From a virus: a stretch of 64,000 nt of DNA. Each line of letters begins with the position of its first letter. Positions within the stretch are counted from its first letter, which is position 1. The translations under genes and the position numbers were made by a program. Under the pieces are notes generated by a model. That model did not search any database. It had not been told where the DNA came from and was given only the letters and a program-made list of their open reading frames with translations. Positions 36,401 to 46,155 of the stretch are shown piece after piece. The stretch is from the IMG/VR virus record IMGVR_UViG_3300025168_000044, positions 1 to 64,000 of that record, one strand, 5' to 3'.

Positions 36401-39400
36401 GTTTCGTATTGGGCCTGTCCATACTTTCTTGCTGCCTCAATCAATTGTGGCGATGGGTCTTCAAGAAATTTCCCTTTGTTTGCGGACTTCCACGCAGTAA
36501 CTGCTTCTTCAGATGTGTCTGCAGCAGCAAGGTTCCGTTCGTAGCTAGGGGCGCCTTCAACACCTACCTGGGGCTTGCGCCTTAGCGAGAACAACGCCCC
36601 CTGGCTTGGGTCTTCCAGCACAGACTCATCAACAGAAAAAAAGTTCTCAACTAGCTTTTCATAGCCTAGTGGAGATTCATCTACTAAGTCTGTTGCATAC
36701 AGTTTTAAATGCTCATAGAACTTATCAAACTTCTTGCGCATTGAAGTAATGCTGGCCTTGCGAGTATTGCCCCGCATACTGCGCACCAGTATTCTTTGAG
36801 CCTTATCCTTAAAAGGCATCAATTCCCCGATGTTGCTAAAATCTTCAGCAGCAGCAGGGTTTTTTTCTAGGTCGTTATATACTGCTTCTGCTTCTCGCCA
36901 ATCTTGATAGATCCTATCTGTCAACCCTTGCAGCTCTTGCTTTAGGTTTTGATTCAGCTGCATCGCATCAACGGCTTGTAGCAAGTTTAGGCGTTTGGGC
37001 ACACTATCTCTTAGAGCGCCAACTTGTGCTGGGATTTCAGTAGCAAGTGAGATTTGGTCAACCAGCTCCTTGGGGTACGCTTTGGTAAAGAGTGCTAGTG
37101 TAAAAATCTTTTCACCCTCTTTTGTAAGCCCTCCATCTTCAGTAAAGTAAAGTTTGTATTCAGTGGCGTTTGGCACAAGCGCTTGAATCCGCTCTCGCAC
37201 ACCTTTTCTGGTGATTGCTAACCCATCTTCAGTAATAAGGCTTTGGACATCAATGCTGTTCATCTGGTTGCCCAGATCCCTTGCCTTCTCTGCCAGAGAC
37301 AGCACCTCGACTTGGGGCTTGTTCTCAATGTTTGCAATTTTTTCAATAGTGCCTTGGGGCAGATCCTCGGTAAAGCGCCGCACCATGATAAGCCGTGTGC
37401 CATTGGCCTTGGCTTCATTGATCCGCTCCAACACGGTGCTAGGGCTAAAGCCTAAGCCTTCTGCTCTTTCCAGCAGTTCGTCCTCGTAGTTTTGCCAGAA
37501 CTGGCTTTCTCGCTGGTTCTCTTGATTTGTGGCTTGTTCAGCAAGATACTTTAGGGCTCTAGAGCGATTATTGCCACTGAGGACTGCGCCCTGGTTGTTG
37601 ATGATGGGGGCTCCCATGCCAGGGTCAGGGCTGTTTCCTAAGAAGCGAGTCTCGTCAGGCTCCCCGATAATCTCACGCAGCTTGGGATCTGCCTGCAAAG
37701 AAGTCCGGTCCCTAGGCTGCACTCCAGCAGCTCTGGCAAAATCTGGGTTGATGGAGCCATCCAACTCATTGCTAATAAATATGTCATCGACATTGACCAA
37801 AGCCACCTGAGCTGGGGCATTTTCACTGACTGCTGCAATGTCTCTTGGGATATTGGCCTCAACGCCGCCATCGACTTGGACAGGAGTGGGGGTGATTGTG
37901 GGGGGGGTTAAAGCTAGCGGTTGTTCTGTGGGATTAACAAACGCTGATAATATTGCTTCTCTGCCACGTTGGACAATGCTGAAAACTTCTTGCTTAAGTT
38001 CTTTTTTGCCGCTTGGCAATAAAGGTGAAACACTACTGTCAGCCAAAACATTAAAGTCCTCAGCTCCTCGACGTTTTGCAATGATTTCACCTACACGGGA
38101 ATAAGCCGATTGCATTACTTCTGGAGAATCCAAGTTTACTTCAAGGTTCTTACCTGATAAATACATCCCAACAGCATCTCCCCTAAAATCTAGCTCAAAT
38201 GTTTCCAAAATAGCGTTGGCAAGCTCATCATCCCGAAGAGCATTGCGAACACTTTGCTCTATAGGTTGCCTACCCATTTCATACTCAACCCGATCCATTG
38301 CAATGCGGCTATCAAGCAGAGACTTAGCCTTTTGAAGATCCTTTTTGTTAATTGTTTTTTCAATTTCATTAATACGAACATCTTCATTCAGTTGTTTTGC
38401 TACTTCGTATTCTGATTTTTTTGCAAACCAATCACTCCCATATTTAGCAACCATTTGGTCATCAAAATCATCAATGCTTTGTTGAAGAGTTTTACCTTCT
38501 GCTTGCAGTTTAGCTAATTTTTTCTCACTTTTAGTTCGATAAAAACCAGCGGTAAAATTGGTTGGCTTAAGCTCTTCCTCTATATTGAACAATTCAACGG
38601 CACGGCGTAACAGCTGAATTTGAGCCTGCCTTTGCTCTTCGCTGTCTCTTTCAACCCGCTGACCATTTACCCTAATTTTACTTTCATAATACCCTGTTAA
38701 ATAGGCATCAAACGCCAAATTCCCAATTGCTTTTGGAGTAGTAAACTCAGCAAGGTCAAAATTAAGCAGGGCTGTGTAGTTTGTCCCACTTGCTTTTTCT
38801 ATGCTTTTTGCTTTTGCAACTTCATACCTTATAGAGTTTTGATGTGCAGCATCCATTGGCTCCAGCACCACATCAAGCTGTCCATCCTGCAGACTCAAGC
38901 GACCGACCGCCTCGGTTTTGCCAAACAGCCCTGTTGGCATAATGTTGCGCAACCTCACCAGCTCAGAGTTGTTTTGTTCAGAAACTAAAATTTCTGCAAT
39001 TTGCGGGGCTACCGGACGGCCTTGCGGATCAACAACAGGGTCATCCCCTAGATGTGTATTGAATTCAGCAATCAGCTCTTCTGGACTTAGCAGGTAGTTA
39101 AAAAACTTTACATCAGGTTTTTCTTCCTGCTGCATGGCTGCATCCACTTTAGATCGCAAGCCTGGATAAAGAAAATCTTCAATCTGTTGCAGCTCTTCAT
39201 CAATGTCAGGTAATTGATTAATGCGATCACCGACAAGACTATGAGTGGCATGACCCAATTCATGCAGAATGACATGAGCAATTTCTGTGTTGTCAGCATC
39301 CAGTGCAAAATCTAGATCAAGGCCAACTCCACCATTAAAATGCGCTCCGTTCCAAGTATAACTTCTTTCATGCAGCCGAATGTTCCCTAATTGGTTGCCA

Positions 39401-42400
39401 TAGCGGTCCACAACCTTCTGTTCAGGATTTTCAACAACTGGCTTGGTTTCATTGTATTCAATTTCTTGGAACTTGCGTTCTCTCCTCGTTGGGCTCGAAA
39501 GAGTATCTTCCTCGTTACCACCACTAATCCTTACGTTTGTTTCAACTGCGTCTTCTTCAAGCTCTGGCTGGTTACGCCGATCAATAAGCGTAGGTGTACG
39601 ATCCAGCATAAAAATGTTCCTGACCTCATCTTGGTCAAGACCTGCTAGGGAGTCATCGGTTTCACGGCCATTGGTCCCCTCCATCTCACTCGGGACTTCT
39701 GGCGCGGGAGGCATGACCACAGCTGGAGACTCTGGGCTGACGCCGCTGGCTGCCTCCTCCTCTTGCAGAGCTTCAAGCTGCCGGTCAAATTGCTCTTGAT
39801 AGGCTCTGATTTCTGCATCAGTAGCTTCAGCATCCAAAGGCTCCAACGTTGTTGTTGGCTCCTGAGCAACTGGCTGTATTTCTGGTGGTGGAGTGCGCTC
39901 AAGGCTTTCTATGTCAACGCTGGATTCTGGAACTGCCTGCTGCTCTGCTTCTGCCAGAGTTGGTGCTGCCCTCTCTGGCAACTCCACAGTGAATGGGAAG
40001 TCATCATTCTCAAAGACTTCTTTCAGCAGACGGCTTTGATCTCTAGTGCTAAGATCCTCAAACTTTTTACCTTTGGCAATTCGCTTACCCGCTGTGCTGA
40101 CTTTGCCTGCTGGAGTCTTTATTGCTGCCCCAACCAGCTCTCTCGTAGCATCTGGCAAACTGGCAAACCAAGGCTTAATTGCCTCCTCCTGCTCAACTCG
40201 TAGCATCTCCTTCGTAGCCCTTGCCGTTGGAGCTGCAGCTTTTACTGGCTCAACAGCAGGAGGCTCTGCCAGAACTGGGGCCTCTTGAGCTAGACTGGTA
40301 TCGGATTCCGGCACTTCTGGTGCAACAGCTTCAGGCATTTCTAGGGCTTCTTCCTGCTCTACCAACTCCTCAAAAGTTCGGCCTTCTGGCAATTTCTTTT
40401 CAACCACACTTCTAAACAGCCTTGCACCATCAGAATCTTCTTTACCATCGCGTTTTAGTTGTAGGTATTTTCTGAAAGTCTTCCACGCTGATTCTGGTAA
40501 ATTAATAATTTCTGGAGGCGCAACCTCTGGTAGCGTTGCCTCTTCCACAACAGGACCAGGGGCTGGTTTTGAAGCCACTTCCTCTTCAATGGCATTCGGC
40601 AAGGTTTTGAGGTCAGGGGCTTCTGGTGGGTCAAGTCGGTCATCATTGGCAACCAGCAGTTTAAGGTTGTCTGTTGGCACATTCCGCTCAACTCTGCCCG
40701 TTTCGGTCATGAGCATGTCTACAGAACCATCCTCATTAGTTTCGAGGATTACCCCAGCCATCCCACTTTTTTCAGCAACATCATCCAAGCCTATCATCTC
40801 GCCGCTTTGATAAGTTGGAGCTGCAGGCTCAACTTGTTCTGTGAGGATTGCATTGCCATCTGAAGTTTCCTCAATATCCACATCCTCTAAAGGTAGTGAC
40901 CCACCTCTCGGAGCTGGCTGTGGGCGCTCTGGCAAAACTGTTTCTTGGCTGGTCAGTGGGGGGATAGTCAGGTCTTCTGTTGGCTCCGTTGTTACCTCTG
41001 GCTCTGCCCTGCCAAAGAGGCGGCTGGCTTCTTCCTGCAACGGCGTTTGCGGCGCTACATCTGCGCCTATTTGATCGCCAAGTGTCGCAGGTGTCGCAAC
41101 TGTCGCAACTGTCGCAGACTCTTCACTGCCAATCTGATCGCCCTCTTGAGCTGGAGCCTCTTGAGCTGGAGCCTCTGGTGGAGGAGTTGTTTCGGGTGGT
41201 TTCTGTTTGGTGGCCCGTGGTGGCTGACGTTTCTTTCCACCGTCTGTTTGCTGTTTAACGATTTCAGCAAATAAACTTCTCAGCTCAATTTCAGATGCCT
41301 TAGCAATGTTGCCTCGACTCTCTGCCAGCTTCTGCCGAAGACCCGCCTGCCACTGTGCCTTGAGCTGCCCTTTTTCCGCATACTTGTTGACAATCCATTC
41401 CTCTGTTGCCGTCAGGTCATTGGCATTGGGGTAGCGTTCCTGGCGGAAGGCGTCAATCTCTTCCCCAAAAGTGATATACATCCTTTGAAGCAAGGAATCC
41501 CGATCCTCATCACTCATGATGTCGCGCAGTCCTTGATGACCTACATACTCATGCTCAATGACTTCAACAGCTCTAATCGCCATCCGTTCAACAGGGGAGA
41601 GCTTAAACTCTTTACCTTGGCTTAGAAAACCCGTGATGTTTAATCCTGAGACAAAATCTGGGCGGGGTTCTAGGGATCCTGAAGCAATGTTTTCTGCAAT
41701 AAAAGTGATTGTCTGAGTGCCCTTGTCAAAATAGCCTTCCGCCTGAGAATTGATCTGAGCCTTTGGGAATAGCGCTTGTGCTTCTTCCACAGTTCCAACC
41801 ACCTTGACCTTCCCAGCTTGGACCCGATCTCTCAACGACTTATTGCTTTTTGCCAGAAGCTTAATTGCAAACTGCAAAACTTGGGGGGTAGCAACAATCT
41901 CTTGAGCATTTCGGTTAGTCAGCTCATTAAAAGTTTCTTGTTGCCCTTTTGAAATAGGTTCGGCTTCTAGTGAGCCAGATGGAACACTATCTTGTCTGGT
42001 TTCAACCTGTTCCCCTGCGAAGATGCCGCCTTCCTCGGTCTGGGTTACCCCAGATTCAATGTCAAAATTTGGATCCAACAAATTGGGCTCAGGAGTAGGC
42101 CCTTCTGCTTGCCCACTCAGCATCCCTTCAGCCCCTTGCAGCTCCTCTTGCCTTACCGCATCCCCAAATAAAGTATCCAACAAGTTGGGCTGGCCTTCCC
42201 CAAACGCCCCCTCATCTGATTGATTTGGCATTTTATATTTGTCATACCATGCTCTCAGGCTTTGCTCTTTTGCTGCGACTGCCTCTGCAGAATTGGCAAT
42301 CTTTTGGCCCAAACGCCGTTGCCTAACCGTTTCAAACTGCTGCTGCATCCCATCGGGGCCTTCCAGCATGTACTGGCCCGATGTAACAAACCCAGAGATA

Positions 42401-44052
42401 GTTCCGCCAGCAGCAGCTTCCATTGCTGCCGACTTAATGGCTTCCATATCATCCCAAAGGTGAGCTTCTTCATTAGTAATGTCATCACCTAGCACTTCCT
42501 TTAGAGCAACCTGCATCCCGTCTCTGACTGCCTTGTAGTCAAAGAATCCAGTAATCCCTTCTGTAAATGCGTCATAGGCTACGTTTTTAGCCATGAACTC
42601 TGAAAGACTTGCTGCATTTCGGATAGTATAAATGCTTGCGGCATCTGCGAGTGAAGCCAAATTAAAAACAAGGCTTTTCCCATCCTTACCATCAATTTTA
42701 AATGCGCTGTCTGGCGCTTTATCTGTATCCACAACTCTATATAGATACATCCGGTTATCACTAACCTCTCGAACCAAAGTGCTTTCGGCTCTCATCATTG
42801 CAGTTTGCAACGCTTCATCATCAGGATACCGCAACCGTAATTTGTCACGAATGGCCTTACGGCGAGGATCTAGCGGGACATTTTCGTTAAAAAGTAATTT
42901 TAATTCTGCAACCCCAGAACCAACATTTTGGCTGGTGGCGGCATCTAAGGAGCCAGTGACTACACCACTTTTGGCAGCTAAGGGCCCAGCAAAAGACGCA
43001 ATTGCTCCAACCGTCAACCCTTGGACAAGAGCTGGGGTAGAACTAGGAAGCGTTTGGGAAAATTCGCCAAGAATAAAGTTTTTGCCTTGAAAGGGAGTAA
43101 GCTGATCTCCCGTAAATTCATCATACTTTTGGCGCTCCTCTGAAGTCACTTCCTGCTGGGTTGCAATTTTTTTCGCAATGGCAGCCAGCTCATTGGTAAA
43201 GGTTTGCGGCTTCCAGCTTTCTCCTAATTCTCTAATGTCCAGCAAAAGCGCGTCAGAAACTAAATTGGTGTCTATGCCTAGCTGAGATAATGTATCACTG
43301 CCATAAAGCGCTCGGCTGGATGCGCCAACTAGCAAATCACCAAAGGCACTAGCAGTTGCAGTGGGAACATTTTTTAAGCCAATGCCCAAGTTCTGCAGCT
43401 CTTCCTTTGCAACCTGAAGCGCTCTCTGGTTTTCTTGCTCTACAAAGGCTTCATCCTCTTTCCGCACAGCTGGTGGAAGGACCTGTTCTAGATTCCGCAA
43501 CTTTCCCAACTGGATCCGCTCGGCTTCCATTGCTTGCAGCTGATTTGCGCCTTCGAGTTGGGCATCAGGCTGAGGTTGGATAACTGCTGGAGTTAGGGCA
43601 AATGGCCCAGTGTTCGGGGCAGCAAACAACTTAGGTGAAGAAGAGTCAGGAGGGGGGACAGGTGGTGGTTCCAGATTTTGCTTAGGGGCTGGCGGGGCTT
43701 CTGCAGAAAATTGCTGAAAATAGTCAGGGATTTGCTGAGAGGCCGGATCAAATTCTAGGTTCAGCTCTGGTTGAGGGAACTCCAAGTTGGTAGGTTCTAA
43801 ATCCCCAACAGCTTCAAATAAATCAAGAAGTTGTAACGCTTGTTGGGCGCTTGTGCCATCACGCAAGAAGTTTTCAAACAGTTCAACCCGTTTTTCATCA
43901 CTTGTCTGATTACTTTGCAGAATTTCTTCAGGCATCCGCAACGGCCCAGGTGGGGCAATCTTTGGGGTGTCAATGCCAAGGTAATCAATATTGGTTTCCC
44001 TGTCAGATCTAGCATAGAAAGGGGCAAATTGGTTGCTGCCAAATTGAGCCAT
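30487..44052 (-). CDS. Giant (4521 aa) polyvalent internal virion/ejection protein
   Basis: Last of three large post-tail genes; HEYVGH and HELGH zincin-like motifs; ddrB-type ParB-like segment (QPRDR...GAPII...VLSGNNR); LPD-like C-terminus. Confidence 0.8.
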   Translation of the reverse strand: MAQFGSNQFAPFYARSDRETNIDYLGIDTPKIAPPGPLRMPEEILQSNQTSDEKRVELFENFLRDGTSAQQALQLLDLFEAVGDLEPTNLEFPQPELNLEFDPASQQIPDYFQQFSAEAPPAPKQNLEPPPVPPPDSSSPKLFAAPNTGPFALTPAVIQPQPDAQLEGANQLQAMEAERIQLGKLRNLEQVLPPAVRKEDEAFVEQENQRALQVAKEELQNLGIGLKNVPTATASAFGDLLVGASSRALYGSDTLSQLGIDTNLVSDALLLDIRELGESWKPQTFTNELAAIAKKIATQQEVTSEERQKYDEFTGDQLTPFQGKNFILGEFSQTLPSSTPALVQGLTVGAIASFAGPLAAKSGVVTGSLDAATSQNVGSGVAELKLLFNENVPLDPRRKAIRDKLRLRYPDDEALQTAMMRAESTLVREVSDNRMYLYRVVDTDKAPDSAFKIDGKDGKSLVFNLASLADAASIYTIRNAASLSEFMAKNVAYDAFTEGITGFFDYKAVRDGMQVALKEVLGDDITNEEAHLWDDMEAIKSAAMEAAAGGTISGFVTSGQYMLEGPDGMQQQFETVRQRRLGQKIANSAEAVAAKEQSLRAWYDKYKMPNQSDEGAFGEGQPNLLDTLFGDAVRQEELQGAEGMLSGQAEGPTPEPNLLDPNFDIESGVTQTEEGGIFAGEQVETRQDSVPSGSLEAEPISKGQQETFNELTNRNAQEIVATPQVLQFAIKLLAKSNKSLRDRVQAGKVKVVGTVEEAQALFPKAQINSQAEGYFDKGTQTITFIAENIASGSLEPRPDFVSGLNITGFLSQGKEFKLSPVERMAIRAVEVIEHEYVGHQGLRDIMSDEDRDSLLQRMYITFGEEIDAFRQERYPNANDLTATEEWIVNKYAEKGQLKAQWQAGLRQKLAESRGNIAKASEIELRSLFAEIVKQQTDGGKKRQPPRATKQKPPETTPPPEAPAQEAPAQEGDQIGSEESATVATVATPATLGDQIGADVAPQTPLQEEASRLFGRAEPEVTTEPTEDLTIPPLTSQETVLPERPQPAPRGGSLPLEDVDIEETSDGNAILTEQVEPAAPTYQSGEMIGLDDVAEKSGMAGVILETNEDGSVDMLMTETGRVERNVPTDNLKLLVANDDRLDPPEAPDLKTLPNAIEEEVASKPAPGPVVEEATLPEVAPPEIINLPESAWKTFRKYLQLKRDGKEDSDGARLFRSVVEKKLPEGRTFEELVEQEEALEMPEAVAPEVPESDTSLAQEAPVLAEPPAVEPVKAAAPTARATKEMLRVEQEEAIKPWFASLPDATRELVGAAIKTPAGKVSTAGKRIAKGKKFEDLSTRDQSRLLKEVFENDDFPFTVELPERAAPTLAEAEQQAVPESSVDIESLERTPPPEIQPVAQEPTTTLEPLDAEATDAEIRAYQEQFDRQLEALQEEEAASGVSPESPAVVMPPAPEVPSEMEGTNGRETDDSLAGLDQDEVRNIFMLDRTPTLIDRRNQPELEEDAVETNVRISGGNEEDTLSSPTRRERKFQEIEYNETKPVVENPEQKVVDRYGNQLGNIRLHERSYTWNGAHFNGGVGLDLDFALDADNTEIAHVILHELGHATHSLVGDRINQLPDIDEELQQIEDFLYPGLRSKVDAAMQQEEKPDVKFFNYLLSPEELIAEFNTHLGDDPVVDPQGRPVAPQIAEILVSEQNNSELVRLRNIMPTGLFGKTEAVGRLSLQDGQLDVVLEPMDAAHQNSIRYEVAKAKSIEKASGTNYTALLNFDLAEFTTPKAIGNLAFDAYLTGYYESKIRVNGQRVERDSEEQRQAQIQLLRRAVELFNIEEELKPTNFTAGFYRTKSEKKLAKLQAEGKTLQQSIDDFDDQMVAKYGSDWFAKKSEYEVAKQLNEDVRINEIEKTINKKDLQKAKSLLDSRIAMDRVEYEMGRQPIEQSVRNALRDDELANAILETFELDFRGDAVGMYLSGKNLEVNLDSPEVMQSAYSRVGEIIAKRRGAEDFNVLADSSVSPLLPSGKKELKQEVFSIVQRGREAILSAFVNPTEQPLALTPPTITPTPVQVDGGVEANIPRDIAAVSENAPAQVALVNVDDIFISNELDGSINPDFARAAGVQPRDRTSLQADPKLREIIGEPDETRFLGNSPDPGMGAPIINNQGAVLSGNNRSRALKYLAEQATNQENQRESQFWQNYEDELLERAEGLGFSPSTVLERINEAKANGTRLIMVRRFTEDLPQGTIEKIANIENKPQVEVLSLAEKARDLGNQMNSIDVQSLITEDGLAITRKGVRERIQALVPNATEYKLYFTEDGGLTKEGEKIFTLALFTKAYPKELVDQISLATEIPAQVGALRDSVPKRLNLLQAVDAMQLNQNLKQELQGLTDRIYQDWREAEAVYNDLEKNPAAAEDFSNIGELMPFKDKAQRILVRSMRGNTRKASITSMRKKFDKFYEHLKLYATDLVDESPLGYEKLVENFFSVDESVLEDPSQGALFSLRRKPQVGVEGAPSYERNLAAADTSEEAVTAWKSANKGKFLEDPSPQLIEAARKYGQAQYETEAKMLAAQQKYLAAVREFDPIVPLESTPSIRPWSDHVNALDSNKLKGNKGLIGLTKFIIDGIRVGLRLDIPSYKSYGVYTPTIHDSSGAPIGYGKAAKITDVTFGADNIAKKALQVAMGEAAKSPFALINGTFVNEDPEALYNQAVSIMDNPLGKATYRDADGSTWTQVGYKPHRYSWFYDKTDGMPLNTADEVIQVGALVLAKNAVKGLPTDQRNLTKPVDEGGKLFSLRRTFDPSNIVDQPLVAGIKVTDPKTGERRNVDRPMFESKLVEVLQDLPPEPVRADFASESKFLKARGKHRQQYIYDGMPAGNAYDRLIDMARSKRVAMSRRPTQEVQTLFGDKETFVDGNPNRPIVVEEVAKNAAIPEVLVHTSAESEYVLSQEPGGSNYRQIVLVHKNMEQNQPKYDYTIQGDHFPVPNSLFFFLVQDRRTSDGEKVLFMDQLQSDRFQQGRKFGNEPLSSGESKQLLEDQIQTETSIKLRQQELFNNLGQVYQEYVDNRIAPRPSDQDIQNARENAENELDRKLAAARDISLSSNSQFEKSANVILTELFSYEFSNPYFQSAVMTRGAPYEAESGPNFIEGERRFIVEQGRDRIDADEFFQLNENLKPLTDEEVLRYQRMNPWDVAKMQDVFRLRTIRTFFDKFVDSEDFVQHMLRDSNPLTLDQIRAVYGNGAIVNQDIGRLNRAIINEMGRQDDAAPYDARAADLFAAADSEIKALSDKVGEIKDKRNNSGVPPNFLQENWWRRGLEFITKLAAREGYDGIVLSSGDQTIRNNLTAAGAQEGTRLFYDQRYPNHLGKIAKNYEAVASDVNVGINKRTVSETNSANLASFAEYETQLNALPSIPKIEPEINRGILFTNEDYRVIDTKRDELFSLRPRGRRPLNEEEKQSLGKKFTNINFFENLFDPAKLIYRIKRIASGVSGFVDPFAYVKHRDELLTLRNLAKGKIQKAERVQREIYDGIRTAETPTEIYEMLTQGLPEESVTIESDRAIAVKTRDEIDDLGQQLVDLGQIPQESYEKYRFKYLPQVYLKYLLPDEVNAVLSTGRKPSPLNYTNRRKLTGDNPTDLLVQEILGIVKDPAFLAAQSVGTVGRDIALLEYFQSLAENPAWTLQDQFTGFSLHDEMQQIINEMLDANQMTQEEAIQLSQNLRLHELEPQIIPSNLLSVLDIFGDWISGTSAKLSQNVDDQRAISAGQQSMLETDTGQPAQVEAALAEQKLWSYIRSQFTRLQTELERTDPDRPFRNQRRLKRRAKGLEPIVVLALDQQQPIQANEKQRAAASWLSNNLETAALVEMLKVLDPIIGMRGYDVTASYLSEEAQRIRDQIAPTKSAKYQQALYTLTKRMDDYKREALGRMGLPTDESATAFEGWAKMPKDKRYGALRGMWVKQEIYDDIVGFTQIEPGKDDFMTKFLFGDDSVAAKYQRYQKLFSVALNPPSMARNFVSNKLWMYVITGMPPFPINTRKLGVNALSYNIRAVQSLLSNDANQKDRQYKEIFEKYGLGVGTFSNQELKRIRQEVAEFQIKLKTQKNKLSPAEKRELSEMTGLPIEEFKDFSAAEIYYLHLANLWNKYIVDKGGFIYQNMEFMDKMSVVMYAMEEKGLSEEEAVRLAEDALFDYSLVRPWVRTTRTSPLGAAFITYTAKVLETFPRALKRDPAGVGRRSLLLLAWQYKLFNTLSKIIQFGFKQTIEEMFEEDEEDSVEALKKARGEWAEKNPSLALFPFKDSMDRFQLIDQTYYIPWGMYTRAAEELSRGNVDSAAAQSGILQSFLLNLVAGYRTGVDPFTKRKFIDDYLPEEDQDVQRSVWLSNQLQPAILRGMIDEAHKYITSDSDVPIPSTGGVIRQLIDALSAEGMIPMLYDESTLVDSEGQPKRTLGQSLGRTFAGANLYSVDPLNAQRRNIELQSYKLGQLKSRQVRESQKIAGNQNLSDEEKIERIREKNEYFTKAIMKQYEKLLGTARPLPATITD

Positions 44053-44053
44053 G

Positions 44054-46153
44054 TTATTGCCCCCTATTATTTAGCGCCTGTTGAAGCATTTGTTGAAAAA
44101 GGGGGTTGCTTGAAAGTAATCCTAATGCCTTGGGGTCATTCATTACTCTATCTACAAGCCCCTCAAACGCATTATTGGTATAACCGGCTCCGCGCACATT
44201 TGCCAAATTGCCATTAGCAGAGCCTGCAGCTGGGGCTTCTTTCCCCTTTCTTGTTGCCGCCGCCTTCTTCAACTTTGCCTCATTTTTTTCGGCTGTATTT
44301 TGTTCGGTGCGATTACGTTCTAAAAGTCGTTGATTTATTGCAGAATCTTTTGTTAAATCAGGTAAGGTTTGTTGGAGATTGTATTGGTTAACAAGAGTTC
44401 CGTTTTCTCTCAAAACTTGGTTATAGTTCATCCCTACCCCCCCTATAGGAGCAAGGGTTTCTTGGTCAAGCCTGAGAACATTCTCTAAATTAGATTGATT
44501 TTCTTGCCCACCACCTTGGGTACGTTGCCTACCCCCAATTGAGGTTCTTAGATTAGGTTCCCCTTGAGGACGGCTAACGGGAGCTTCGATTGTATTTCCT
44601 TGCCCTGCAGCTTGATCAGCGCTGGGGCTAGAAAAATCAAATTTGAGTAGATTACTGAGAAACCCATATTCTTGAGTGTCTGGTGGTGGCTCCAGCTTTT
44701 GCTTAGGGGCTGGTTCTGGGGCTGCTTGTAAACTTAAACGCTTTAGTGGGTTTTGGGGCAGCTGTTCTATTGCAGCATTTATAGAATTCCGTGCCCGTTC
44801 AACTGCTTCATTAGACGGTTCATACAATGCTATGTAGGAATCCAACAACCCTTGCAAAACTTCAGGTGATTGGGCAACTGATTGCCCTAAAATGTCTGTT
44901 TTCTCTTTGTCAATCTGAGCGACTTTTGAAATAAACAGTTTGTCATTGGTATTTTGATTATCACTCTTAAGAACACTCAACAAATCTTGGGCTAAATCTT
45001 CGTCCATATCAGCATTTTGAGCTGCTACCAAAAATTGTTCATCAGACATTTTGTCTGTGCCAACTAAAGATTTTGCATTTTCTAACACCTTCTTTGCTTG
45101 TTCTAGCCTTGGTGCAGTTTCTAACTCAAACTTTTTTAGATTTACCTCAATGGAAAACCGTAGTTGTGCATCTGCGCTGAGTCTCTCATAATCCTCACTT
45201 GCCACCAAAGCTGGGAAACTTTGCGCCAGCTTTTTATACTCATCTTTTGTGGTAACCTTACCTAGCATGTCTTGAAAGGGTTTTAGATTTTCGCGGTCCC
45301 GCTTCAGTTCATTGTTTTCTGCAGTATCCACAGCAGCCTCAAATCTAAAATTGTCTCTTGTAATTGCTACTTTTGCAGCATTGGCTTCCCTTTCAATTTG
45401 CGCACGATCCTTTGCAAATTTCCTTTTGATACTAGGAGGAGCGTTGTCATACGCAGCTAATGCGCTTTCAGCATCCCCGCCATTTATGAAAGAGGTAATA
45501 GCGTTTTGCACTTTTGCAACTTGGGTTGAATAATCAAAAGGGTTGTTGCCGCCGACTGCTTCCGTTGCTTGCTGTTCTAGCTTTTGGAAATCAAGCATGT
45601 AGCTTGGATTGTCATCGCCTAGTTCATACTTTGTCCGATGGGAAGAATTTAACTGGTCAATCATGCTGGTTGTGGCCGCTGGAGCCATGTCTCTTGCTTC
45701 AGCAACTTTCAGCAGATTATTCAGGTTGGTGGTGTAGTCATTTTGCTGCTTTGCCAGCTCTCGCTCTTGAAAAGCCCCATAGGCGCCCATCACTTGAGGG
45801 GCTACTTGGTTGATCGTTTCAAAACTGCTTGGCTGCGTGTAGGGCATCCCTGTCAACTCTTGCTCGTTGTAAGGTTTGACCATACTGTTAGCACCACTTC
45901 CCAAGGTACTGCCAAGCTGGTAGCCCATCGCCATGGTTGCAGGGTTGTATCCCGTAGCCATTCCAGCCACAGCTGCTCCTGCCACTCCACCCAGAGTGCC
46001 AACCAACCCCCGATTGCTTCTAGCGTTTGAGGCTGCTCTCCGAGCTGCTGCAGCTTCCTCTTGTTGCCGTTTGATTTCACGGCGTTGCTTGCGATTGGCT
46101 AAAGCGTTGCCAAAATTCATTAACGATTGTCCGTAATTAGGGAAACTAGCCAT
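44054..46153 (-). CDS. Internal virion (ejection) protein
   Basis: Gly/Ala hydrophobic N-terminal segment, helical Q/E/K-rich body, position before the giant gene. Confidence 0.6.
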   Translation of the reverse strand: MASFPNYGQSLMNFGNALANRKQRREIKRQQEEAAAARRAASNARSNRGLVGTLGGVAGAAVAGMATGYNPATMAMGYQLGSTLGSGANSMVKPYNEQELTGMPYTQPSSFETINQVAPQVMGAYGAFQERELAKQQNDYTTNLNNLLKVAEARDMAPAATTSMIDQLNSSHRTKYELGDDNPSYMLDFQKLEQQATEAVGGNNPFDYSTQVAKVQNAITSFINGGDAESALAAYDNAPPSIKRKFAKDRAQIEREANAAKVAITRDNFRFEAAVDTAENNELKRDRENLKPFQDMLGKVTTKDEYKKLAQSFPALVASEDYERLSADAQLRFSIEVNLKKFELETAPRLEQAKKVLENAKSLVGTDKMSDEQFLVAAQNADMDEDLAQDLLSVLKSDNQNTNDKLFISKVAQIDKEKTDILGQSVAQSPEVLQGLLDSYIALYEPSNEAVERARNSINAAIEQLPQNPLKRLSLQAAPEPAPKQKLEPPPDTQEYGFLSNLLKFDFSSPSADQAAGQGNTIEAPVSRPQGEPNLRTSIGGRQRTQGGGQENQSNLENVLRLDQETLAPIGGVGMNYNQVLRENGTLVNQYNLQQTLPDLTKDSAINQRLLERNRTEQNTAEKNEAKLKKAAATRKGKEAPAAGSANGNLANVRGAGYTNNAFEGLVDRVMNDPKALGLLSSNPLFQQMLQQALNNRGQ

Positions 46154-46155
46154 AT

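Noticed and set aside
30487-44052. N4-like virion RNA polymerase (suggested by size and N4-type capsid)
   Set aside because: No polymerase catalytic motifs recognised; motifs instead fit zincin/ParB/LPD polyvalent proteins.
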